A DNA stretch of 64,000 nt from positions 913,609-977,608 of the forward strand of contig MFJV01000001.1 in assembly GCA_001780985.1 (NCBI GenBank), written 5' to 3'. Source of the stretch: Candidatus Gottesmanbacteria bacterium RIFCSPLOWO2_01_FULL_43_11b. Lineage in GTDB: Bacteria; Patescibacteriota; Microgenomatia; UBA10105; UBA927. This document shows, one piece after another, positions 18,516-26,037 of the stretch. Position numbers and translations under genes: made by a program. Numbering within the stretch: the stretch's first letter is position 1; each line of letters begins with the position of its first letter. The notes below the pieces were generated by a model. That model made no database searches. It was given only the letters and a program-made list of their open reading frames with translations, and was not told where the DNA came from.

Positions 18516-19766
18516 ATGGTAGCACTTGATGCTGTTGTTTCACTTGCAAAACGAAGAGGATTTATTTATCCAGGAAGTGAGATTTACGGCGGATTAACAG
18601 GCTTTTGGGACTACGGACCACATGGCGCTGAACTTAAACGCAACCTCAAAAACGAATGGTGGAAGGCAATGGTATATGGCCGTGACGATGTTGTAGGACT
18701 TGATGCGGCAATTATCATGAATCCGAAAGTATGGGAAGCCTCAGGCCACACAAAAGCATTTGCCGATCCACTTATCGAATGTAAAGTATGTCATAAACGA
18801 TTTCGAGCGGATAATAAAGACATACTTAGTGCACATGAAAAAGAACACAAAGAAACTGTTTCGTGGACAGAAGCTAAACAATTTAATCTACTTACTGAAG
18901 TATATCTGGGTGTAACAGAACCAAAAGATAAAGCATACCTTCGCGGAGAAATAACACAAGGAGTATTTGTTAATTTTGCTAACGTCGTTGCTTCCTCCAG
19001 GGTGAAAATTCCATTCGGTATTGCTCAAATAGGGAAAGCATTCAGAAATGAAATAACTCCAGGAAACTTTACCTACAGAAGCAGGGAATTTGAACAGATG
19101 GAATTGGAGTATTTCGTAAAACCCGGAGAAGATAAATCGTTTGATTACTGGAAAAAGGAACGAATGAAATGGTATGTGTCCTTGGGGATGGATCAAAAAC
19201 ACCTGCGATTTCGTGATCATGAGGAGCATGAACGGGCTCACTACGCACGGTTTGCCACAGATATTGAGTATGAAGCGCCATTCGGGTGGAGTGAATTCGA
19301 GGGAATACATCACCGCGGGGATTTTGATTTAAAAAATCATAAGATTACCTATGAAGACTATACGCCATGGGTAATAGAAACCTCCGGGGGCGTGGATCGG
19401 GCAGCCCTCTTTTTTCTCCTTGAGGCATATCACGAAGAAGACAAGCGCGTCATCTTAAAACTTCACCCGCTCCTTGCGCCAATTAAGGTTGCTGTATTTC
19501 CGCTCGTTGCTAATAAACCACAACTGGTTGAGAAAGCGCAGAGTATTTATAGAGAACTCAAAAAGAATCTCGTTGTTTCCTGGGATGACCGGGGAAATAT
19601 AGGGAAGAGGTATCTTGCCCAGGATGAAATTGGAACTCCATGGTGTGTAACCATTGATTATGATACTCTAGAAAATGACACGGTAACCGTGCGTGATAGG
19701 GATACAACAAAACAGGAGCGAGTGAACGTGAGTAAGCTCGCTTCATACTTTTCTGAAAAACTATGA
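18516..19766 (+). CDS. glyQS: glycine--tRNA ligase (dimeric class II type)
   Basis: RRGFIYPGSEIYGGLTGFWDYGPHG N-terminal motif of GlyRS. Confidence 0.85.
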   Translation: MVALDAVVSLAKRRGFIYPGSEIYGGLTGFWDYGPHGAELKRNLKNEWWKAMVYGRDDVVGLDAAIIMNPKVWEASGHTKAFADPLIECKVCHKRFRADNKDILSAHEKEHKETVSWTEAKQFNLLTEVYLGVTEPKDKAYLRGEITQGVFVNFANVVASSRVKIPFGIAQIGKAFRNEITPGNFTYRSREFEQMELEYFVKPGEDKSFDYWKKERMKWYVSLGMDQKHLRFRDHEEHERAHYARFATDIEYEAPFGWSEFEGIHHRGDFDLKNHKITYEDYTPWVIETSGGVDRAALFFLLEAYHEEDKRVILKLHPLLAPIKVAVFPLVANKPQLVEKAQSIYRELKKNLVVSWDDRGNIGKRYLAQDEIGTPWCVTIDYDTLENDTVTVRDRDTTKQERVNVSKLASYFSEKL

Positions 19767-20215
19767 ATAAAAAACTGCTCTATGCAATTTTAGGTATACT
19801 CCTCGTTATCTCAGGATTTGTTATTTTTAAGGCAATTACATCAAAGCCAGCAGAAGTTGTTGAAGAGGAACCAGTTGAGGTCTTACCGGAAGTTGATGCA
19901 TCAGTTATCGTCGACGTCACCAAAAGTCGGTCAAAAGATAATTCAGTAGTTCTTTCCATAGATGGATTGGGAGGAAAATATACGTCAATCACGTATGAAA
20001 TAAGTTACGATACCCAGGGAGTAGTCCAGGGAGTGACTAGCCAGCCGTTGAATATAAGCGGAAAAGATTCATTTACCCGCGAGGATATATATCTTGGAAC
20101 GTGCTCGAGGAATGTCTGCAGACCGCATTTAGGGGTTAAAAAAGTTTCCGTTGTTATCCAGTTTACCGACACATCAGGCTCCCGCAGCCGATTCTCCAAA
20201 GATTTTGACCTATAA
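19763..20215 (+). CDS. membrane-anchored hypothetical protein
   Basis: N-terminal TM/signal anchor; beta-rich soluble part; ATGA overlap with glyQS. Confidence 0.45.
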   Translation: MNKKLLYAILGILLVISGFVIFKAITSKPAEVVEEEPVEVLPEVDASVIVDVTKSRSKDNSVVLSIDGLGGKYTSITYEISYDTQGVVQGVTSQPLNISGKDSFTREDIYLGTCSRNVCRPHLGVKKVSVVIQFTDTSGSRSRFSKDFDL

Positions 20216-20216
20216 A

Positions 20217-20930
20217 TTATCTTGCAGATGCAGGAAGCTGTATTGGTTTTTGTGATTCTTGAAGCAATACGTTATCTACTTGTAATTTAAATGCCGGAGC
20301 TACACGACTCCTTGCATATTTATCCGGATCTCGAAAATCTGGATTAGGGATTATCCAATGTCGATCAAATTTTTCGTGTTTTAAGAATTTCATTAGAGAA
20401 TTCGTAGGATCTACTTTCAAGATTTCTAGAAATTTTACCCATGCGTCAATGGGATGAATTTGAAGACAAAGAACAGATGCTGCAGAAGTTCTTCCACTAG
20501 GTATGCCCTTAGGCGCATATATCGCAGCCCTTTCCCAACTGATGTTGCCAGCCATAACAGCAGTGCTGGTATCATTTCTGTGATCATTATAGTAGAACCC
20601 ATAAAGATGATAAGGTTGTGGCGTTGACTCAGTTGCCATGTGGCTTAAACGAGACGGTAAGATGTCTGTAAGTATATATGTTATGTCGTATTCTGTTGAA
20701 TAATTTGGGTAGCCCTGCTTAAAATGAGGTGTTTGAATGAATCGTGGACCCATTTGAAGACATTCTCCTTGAAAAGCGCCATACGAGACAGCAACGGTAT
20801 TTTTTACTGTTTTACCAATAATATCGGCGCTTCTTGCGCTTTCGTTTTTATTTCCCTGTAAGTCATCTTTCGCATCTAGATTAGTCATGTGTCGACAATT
20901 ATAACAAATTTGATTCCGACACTTTATCAC
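20217..20930 (-). CDS. hypothetical protein (237 aa; probable start at internal Met near 20888)
   Basis: Long ORF on the strand opposite all neighbours; no competing plus-strand ORF; no confident family assignment. Confidence 0.45.
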   Translation of the reverse strand: MIKCRNQICYNCRHMTNLDAKDDLQGNKNESARSADIIGKTVKNTVAVSYGAFQGECLQMGPRFIQTPHFKQGYPNYSTEYDITYILTDILPSRLSHMATESTPQPYHLYGFYYNDHRNDTSTAVMAGNISWERAAIYAPKGIPSGRTSAASVLCLQIHPIDAWVKFLEILKVDPTNSLMKFLKHEKFDRHWIIPNPDFRDPDKYARSRVAPAFKLQVDNVLLQESQKPIQLPASAR

Positions 20931-20999
20931 TTTTTATCACTTCGCAGATGGAATTGCTTTGCACAATGGTCTCCAAAGACTTCGACCTCTAATCCCGAC

Positions 21000-21050
21000 G
21001 TGGCGTACCTGCCTGCCGGCAGGCAGGTCTGTTCCACATCGGATGTGGAA
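21000..21050. repeat. composite palindromic repeat: GTGGCGTACCTG + 20-nt palindrome CCTGCCTGCCGGCAGGCAGG + TTCCACATCGGATGTGGAA
   Basis: The outer parts match 25607-25637 contiguously; the inner 20-nt palindrome matches 50899-50918. Confidence 0.8.
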
Positions 21051-21123
21051 ATAGCTTTGCACATCGGGTATTTTACCTCAGTAAAACTTGACAACTTTAA
21101 GTACCAAGAGTACTATCGTCGCC

Positions 21124-21540
21124 ATGAAACGAGAAATTGATCCATTGCATCATACATTTTTCAAATCCCGTTTATCTTCTTACAAATCTCCACTTCCTCG
21201 ACAAAATCTCTTATTTAATGTAAGAAGTTATCATTCGGGAGAAATGAGGATTTCCCCAGAAAAAAGTAGTACTAATAAAGTGCTTATTGTACGGATGGAA
21301 GAAGTTGAATATTTAGAATCAAAATTTCAAATCTCACCTTATATAATTACTGATCCGTATCTACAAGTAAGATTAGAAACATCTCCTAATGAGTTACTAG
21401 TAGGGCAAAAACCCAGACCATCTGGGTATTTTGAGGATACTGAAGAACATAGAAAGTTGCTTGCTGATGGAAATTTTCAGGAAGAGCAACCTCGACTTAT
21501 TCTACTTTTTCACACAAGTCTTCGTCAAACACTTGAATAG
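21124..21540 (+). CDS. hypothetical protein, paralogue A1 (MKREIDP...FFKS family)
   Basis: Protein-level paralogue of the 21937 gene, with conserved frame and synonymous third-position changes; shared upstream element gtaNtatNNgNcgccATGaaacgaga. Confidence 0.55.
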   Translation: MKREIDPLHHTFFKSRLSSYKSPLPRQNLLFNVRSYHSGEMRISPEKSSTNKVLIVRMEEVEYLESKFQISPYIITDPYLQVRLETSPNELLVGQKPRPSGYFEDTEEHRKLLADGNFQEEQPRLILLFHTSLRQTLE

Positions 21541-21578
21541 TTGACTATTCCGACATATTTATTTAAGATCGGCCTATT

Positions 21579-21893
21579 ATGACAACCAGAATTGAGGCAA
21601 ACGGGGAAACATTGATCATCCACAATAAGTATAAAAGAACTATTTTGGGTAAGACTGATCCGTTTCTATTTGTTTGGACGAGAGACATGAAGACAGGTTT
21701 AAAGTCGCTCTTCGGAGCAAGTTTTAGAAAAAAAGATAATGATTATACCGTGATAATGGATGGAAATACTCTGACACCTACGGAAATAGAAGATGCAGTT
21801 ACGTTCACAATTGGCGGCAAAAAGTTGGAAATTTTAGACGAAACAAAAAAACCAATCTACACCGCCTTCTGGTCGGAAACCGGTCTTGGTTAA
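21579..21893 (+). CDS. hypothetical small protein (104 aa)
   Basis: ORF lying between the two paralogues; beta-rich and hydrophilic. Confidence 0.4.
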   Translation: MTTRIEANGETLIIHNKYKRTILGKTDPFLFVWTRDMKTGLKSLFGASFRKKDNDYTVIMDGNTLTPTEIEDAVTFTIGGKKLEILDETKKPIYTAFWSETGLG

Positions 21894-21936
21894 TGATATT
21901 TGACAAACCATAAGAAAAGAGCGTAGTATTAGCGCC

Positions 21937-22320
21937 ATGAAACGAGAGTTTGATCCAACACAACAGACCTTTTTTAAATCTCCTCGGCCCCATACCGGAC
22001 TTCTTTCTCGCGTTCGTTCATATCACCCCGGAGTGTATAACATGGAAGGTCATCCACCATTAAAGATTCTTGTTCTCGGCGCAGCAGAAGTAAAGTATCT
22101 CAAAGAAAAGGTCGGAACAATCCCAGTAACTGAGATCACTGATCCAAACACGCAAGTATGGTTTAAGAACCGTCGGGACGAGGGGACTACGACACTTTCT
22201 GAGAAACCGATTGGATTCGTTCAGGACACAGAAGGTGCGAGAATGGATTTAAAAAAAGGCAAGTTTAAGGAAAAAAAACCGGAACTTTCTTTGGTTCCTG
22301 ACAAAAACTTCAATTACTAA
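21937..22320 (+). CDS. hypothetical protein, paralogue A2 (MKREFDP...FFKS family)
   Basis: Paralogue of the 21124 gene (MKREFDPTQQTFFKS...SYHPG...KILVLGAAEVKYLKEKV). Confidence 0.55.
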   Translation: MKREFDPTQQTFFKSPRPHTGLLSRVRSYHPGVYNMEGHPPLKILVLGAAEVKYLKEKVGTIPVTEITDPNTQVWFKNRRDEGTTTLSEKPIGFVQDTEGARMDLKKGKFKEKKPELSLVPDKNFNY

Positions 22321-22391
22321 CCTACGGGTAGCGTGTAATCTTCGAATCTAACTCAACCTATAGTTTCGTGAAACATGCTTTGTGAAACCCC

Positions 22392-22420
22392 TTGACAAAC
22401 CGTGAAAAATGGGTAACTAT
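22392..22420 (+). promoter_or_regulatory. candidate sigma70-type promoter of the dcw operon (TTGACA, 17 nt, AACTAT)
   Basis: TTGACA at 22392-22397, a 17-nt spacer, then the -10-like AACTAT at 22415-22420; 35 nt upstream of the mraZ ATG. Confidence 0.4.
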
Positions 22421-22443
22421 GGATATTAGTGGGAATAAGTGGT
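22408..22443 (+). promoter_or_regulatory. MraZ-box array: four TGG(G) repeats at 10-nt phasing
   Basis: aaTGGGtaactaTGGatattagTGGGaataagTGGtag; this resembles the direct TGGGN repeats to which MraZ binds in its own promoter. Confidence 0.5.
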
Positions 22444-22454
22444 AGACTTCGGGC

Positions 22455-22859
22455 ATGAAGTTATTCCTTGGGGAATACGACCATAGCTTGGATGATCGGG
22501 GCCGCGTAACGCTCCCAAGAAAAATTAGGGCAGAGATAGAAGAACGGGAACTGATACTTGCCAAAGGATTTGATCCGTGCATATTTGGCTTTGACAAAAC
22601 AAGTTGGGAGAAGGAAGCGGCAAAGCACCTTGAAAGTCCGGTAACCGACGAGGGAGGAAGAAAGTTACGACGGTATCTTTTTTCCTCGGCCGAGAAAGTT
22701 GAAATTGATAAGCTTGGTCGTATTCTACTGCCTGCCCAGCTCAAGGAATACGCTTCGATAGGAAAAGATGTTGTTGTGATCGGTGCCGGAGACCATTTTG
22801 AAATATGGGATAAGGCCCGTTGGGAGGAATATGAAGCCGCACATACCGGTACTTCTTAA
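22455..22859 (+). CDS. mraZ: transcriptional regulator MraZ
   Basis: Duplicated MraZ fold signatures (HSLDDRGRVTLP and KLGRILLP). Confidence 0.85.
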   Translation: MKLFLGEYDHSLDDRGRVTLPRKIRAEIEERELILAKGFDPCIFGFDKTSWEKEAAKHLESPVTDEGGRKLRRYLFSSAEKVEIDKLGRILLPAQLKEYASIGKDVVVIGAGDHFEIWDKARWEEYEAAHTGTS

Positions 22860-23628
22860 CCAGGTTATAGCAGGCCTCCAGGTAGCAGCTGGAAAGCGCT
22901 ATATAGATGCGACCTTTGGGGGCGGAGGGCATGCAAGGGAAATAGAAAGACGAGGAGGAAAGGTTTTAGGAATAGATACGGATCCAGATACCGATGCGGT
23001 ACACGGAAATTTTAGAGACATTAAAAAAATTGCGCAAGAGAATGGATTTAGTAAGGTGAGCGGGATTTTGTTTGATTTGGGAGTATCGAGTCACCAGCTT
23101 GATACACCAGAGAGAGGATTCAGTTATCGGTTTACCAACGCTCCTTTGGATTTACGCATGGATCAATCGAAAGGAGAAACGGCTGCCCAGCTGATAAACC
23201 GGTTACCTGAGAGTGAACTGTATGACATTTTTGTTCGATATGCTGAAGAGGAGTTGGCTCGGCCAATTGCTCACGCTATTTATCGCGCCCGTGCCGTAAA
23301 ACCAATTGAAACAACAGGAGACTTGGTAAAAATTATTGGAAACAGACCGGGAGTGTTATCAAGAATATTTCAGGCGTTACGGATTGCAGTCAATGACGAG
23401 TTCGGAGCATTAAAAGAAGGATTAGCCGGAGCGGAAGAATTGTTAGAACAGGAAGGAAGACTTGTTGTTCTTACGTTTCATTCGCTTGAGGATAGGATTG
23501 TAAAAAAGTTTTTGGAAAGAAGCGGATTTAGACGCATTACCAAAAAACCAATCGTTGCGACACAAGAGGAAAAAGAGCTCAATCCGAGAGCTCGAAGCGC
23601 AAAACTTCGGATAGGTGAAAAACTATGA
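22831..23628 (+). CDS. rsmH: 16S rRNA (cytosine1402-N4)-methyltransferase
   Basis: HIPVLLNQV...DATFGGGGHA SAM-binding motif; overlaps the mraZ end. Confidence 0.85.
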   Translation: MKPHIPVLLNQVIAGLQVAAGKRYIDATFGGGGHAREIERRGGKVLGIDTDPDTDAVHGNFRDIKKIAQENGFSKVSGILFDLGVSSHQLDTPERGFSYRFTNAPLDLRMDQSKGETAAQLINRLPESELYDIFVRYAEEELARPIAHAIYRARAVKPIETTGDLVKIIGNRPGVLSRIFQALRIAVNDEFGALKEGLAGAEELLEQEGRLVVLTFHSLEDRIVKKFLERSGFRRITKKPIVATQEEKELNPRARSAKLRIGEKL

Positions 23629-23903
23629 TTCGATTTCTTCCAATAGTAGCAATTGTTTTCCTGATTATTGAAGTTATTTTTATTAATCAGCTCGCCGGAA
23701 TGGGTGAGAAGGTATCAGCATATGACGTTGCGATTGATAAACTTCAGGAAGAAAATGCTCTCCTTGAGCAGGCAGTTGCTTCAGCCTCATCGCTCCTTTT
23801 AATTGAACAGAAAGCCAAAGAATACGGGTTTACTGAAAGTCATCCCACATCCTACATTCATCTTGACGACGAGCTGCCTCTTGCACTCAAGGAAAGCCAG
23901 TAG
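23625..23903 (+). CDS. ftsL: FtsL/DivIC-like cell-division protein
   Basis: Single TM then a coiled-coil; sits in the canonical position between rsmH and ftsI. Confidence 0.55.
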   Translation: MIRFLPIVAIVFLIIEVIFINQLAGMGEKVSAYDVAIDKLQEENALLEQAVASASSLLLIEQKAKEYGFTESHPTSYIHLDDELPLALKESQ

Positions 23904-23915
23904 TACGGTTAAGAA

Positions 23916-25595
23916 ATGCGAATGTGGCGCATTTGGTTTATCTTCTGGATATTCGGAATAGGGTTTTCTCTTGTCGGATTACGCCTGTTTTACTGGTCAA
24001 TTCTTGCCGGTGAAAGCTTACGGCAGGAAGCATCGAGCCAATACCTCATTGAATTTCAGCTTCCCTCCTCCCGTGGATCAATTTCCGATCAAAAAAATAA
24101 CAACTTGGCTTTGAGTCAGCCTGCCTTTCTGGTATACGCCCAACCAAAACTCATAAAAGACATAAGAAATTTTGCCTCAAAAGTTGCAGGCATTCTTTTC
24201 ATTGATGAAGAAAGTGTAGTTGCTGATCTCAATGTCGAGAATCGATTCTGGGTACCTCTAGCTCATAAAATTGAGCAACCGGTTGTCGAAAAACTGAAAG
24301 AGTTAAACCTTGAGGGGCTTGGATTTGAAAAAGAAGCGAAACGGTACTATCCGGAAGCCTCCATGGCAGCACAGCTATTGGGATTTGTGGGTCTGGATGA
24401 GCAGGGGAATGATACAGGGTATTTTGGTTTGGAAGGATTCTATGAGCGGGAACTCCGCGGAAAACCGGGCGCTCTCCAACGGGAAAAAGATGCCAAAGGA
24501 AACCCGATTTTAATAGGTGAAGCACTTCGGGTTGAACCTGAACACGGGAGATCCCTCGTTTTATGGATGGATAGATCCATTCAGCGCATGGTGGAAAAGA
24601 GACTTCTTGAGGGAATTGAAAAATACGGAGCAAAAGAAGGATCAGTCGTGATTATGGATCCAAAAACCGGAGGAATAGTTGCTATGGCATCAACACCAAG
24701 CTATGACCCGATTTCCTATAACACTTACCCAAGTGAACTTTTCAAAAATCCCGTTGTTTCAGGAAGTTACGAGCCGGGAAGTACGTTTAAAGTATTGATT
24801 ATGAGTGCAGCACTTGAAGAAAAACTTGTAACGCCAACGACAACGATGGAGGAAGGCGGACCGACACGCGTCGGCGAATATCTTATTAAAACCTGGAATG
24901 AGCAGTATAGCGGCACAATTTCTATGACAAAGGTTTTAGAGAAATCCAGCAACGTCGGTATGGTTTTTGTAGGACAGAAACTGGGAACTGAGAAAATGTT
25001 GGGATTTCTCAAGCGCTTTGGCATTGGAGAGGTCACGGGAATCGACTTGGAGGAAGAAATTTCACCCGAACTTCGGCAAGAGAAAGAGTGGAGGGATATT
25101 GATCTCGCCACAGCCTCTTTCGGCCAGGGAATAGCAGTCACACCCATTCAGATGCTTCGTGCTGTAGGGGCTTTGGCAAATGACGGATGGCTTATGGAAC
25201 CCCACGTGGTCAAAGAAATTGTTGACACCAAGGGAAAATCAGTTGAAATAAAGCCAAAGAAAGTCCGTCAGGTGATCTCCGCAGCAACAGCCAGAATCAT
25301 TTCTGAAATGATGATTGCAGCAGTTGATAACGGGGAGGCAAAGTGGGCAAAGCCAAAGGGGTATAGGATAGCAGGGAAAACAGGAACAGCGCAGATTCCA
25401 GTCGCCGGCCACTACGATGATAAGAAAACAATTGCATCATTTGTCGGATTTGCACCGGCAGATGACCCGAAATTCGTCATGCTCGTTACCCTTCGTGAGC
25501 CACAGAGCTCTCCCTGGGGTTCAGAAACAGCAGCGCCACTGTTTTTTACCCTTGCAAGAGATATATTCACCTACTGGGGCATTTCACCGCAGTAG
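23916..25595 (+). CDS. ftsI: peptidoglycan D,D-transpeptidase (class B PBP)
   Basis: N-terminal TM anchor; STFK, SSN and KTGT active-site motifs. Confidence 0.85.
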   Translation: MRMWRIWFIFWIFGIGFSLVGLRLFYWSILAGESLRQEASSQYLIEFQLPSSRGSISDQKNNNLALSQPAFLVYAQPKLIKDIRNFASKVAGILFIDEESVVADLNVENRFWVPLAHKIEQPVVEKLKELNLEGLGFEKEAKRYYPEASMAAQLLGFVGLDEQGNDTGYFGLEGFYERELRGKPGALQREKDAKGNPILIGEALRVEPEHGRSLVLWMDRSIQRMVEKRLLEGIEKYGAKEGSVVIMDPKTGGIVAMASTPSYDPISYNTYPSELFKNPVVSGSYEPGSTFKVLIMSAALEEKLVTPTTTMEEGGPTRVGEYLIKTWNEQYSGTISMTKVLEKSSNVGMVFVGQKLGTEKMLGFLKRFGIGEVTGIDLEEEISPELRQEKEWRDIDLATASFGQGIAVTPIQMLRAVGALANDGWLMEPHVVKEIVDTKGKSVEIKPKKVRQVISAATARIISEMMIAAVDNGEAKWAKPKGYRIAGKTGTAQIPVAGHYDDKKTIASFVGFAPADDPKFVMLVTLREPQSSPWGSETAAPLFFTLARDIFTYWGISPQ

Positions 25596-25600
25596 AATTT

Positions 25601-25637
25601 CCCGATGTGGCATACCTGTTCCACATCGGATGTGGAA
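25601..25637. repeat. repeat copy CCCGATGTGGCATACCTG-TTCCACATCGGATGTGGAA, without the inner palindrome
   Basis: Near-identical to the 21000 copy minus the 20-nt insert; contains two mutually exclusive 9-bp stems. Confidence 0.8.
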
Positions 25638-25643
25638 TTTATT
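25619..25643 (+). terminator. candidate intrinsic terminator hairpin (TTCCACATC-G-GATGTGGAA followed by TTTATT)
   Basis: 9-bp inverted repeat plus a T-rich tract 24 nt after the ftsI stop; an alternative upstream pairing (25602-25629) is also possible. Confidence 0.4.
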
Positions 25644-26022
25644 AACGACTTTCCTTTACTTTTACCTCAAAACAGGATGATTTATTTAGAGTTATGATCG
25701 TATCGTGAGAAGTTATTTTTTCCACGAAATCACCACTAGCAATACCTTCAGTATTAACCCCACTACAGACACTTGGTGCTAACTGACAACGCAAACAGGT
25801 ATTAAAAGCTTCAGCGGCTCTTAACCTTTTCGCGCTAACCCTGAAAAAAGAGCTATCATCAAGTTTGTGAAAGGAAGCTCCACTGAATTCATTTAACTTG
25901 TGCGATCGTATTATTAGTTTTTCTATAATCATAAACTCTCCAAGCAAATATAGTGAGGAAGTATAGTAGGAGAGAGAGGAATTGTCAAGCCTATAGTGTT
26001 TTTTGGTTAAATTGGGGCTTAT

Positions 26023-26031
26023 TGGTATAAT
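26023..26031 (+). promoter_or_regulatory. extended -10 promoter element TGgTATAAT upstream of murE
   Basis: The TGN-TATAAT element ends 7 nt before the murE ATG at 26038, which implies a leaderless or very short-leader transcript. Confidence 0.4.
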
Positions 26032-26037
26032 AAACAC

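Noticed and set aside
20889-21140. 83-aa plus-strand ORF spanning the palindromic repeat region
   Set aside because: It is made up almost entirely of the repeat elements (it encodes LPAGRQV from the palindrome) and the divergent promoter region. It overlaps the start of the 237-aa minus gene and the MKRE paralogue. Most likely a spurious ORF.
25642-26037. 131-aa minus-strand ORF in the ftsI-murE gap
   Set aside because: It runs antisense within an otherwise uniformly plus-strand operon, shows no recognisable motifs, and would overlap the extended -10 promoter. Left as a possible non-coding region.
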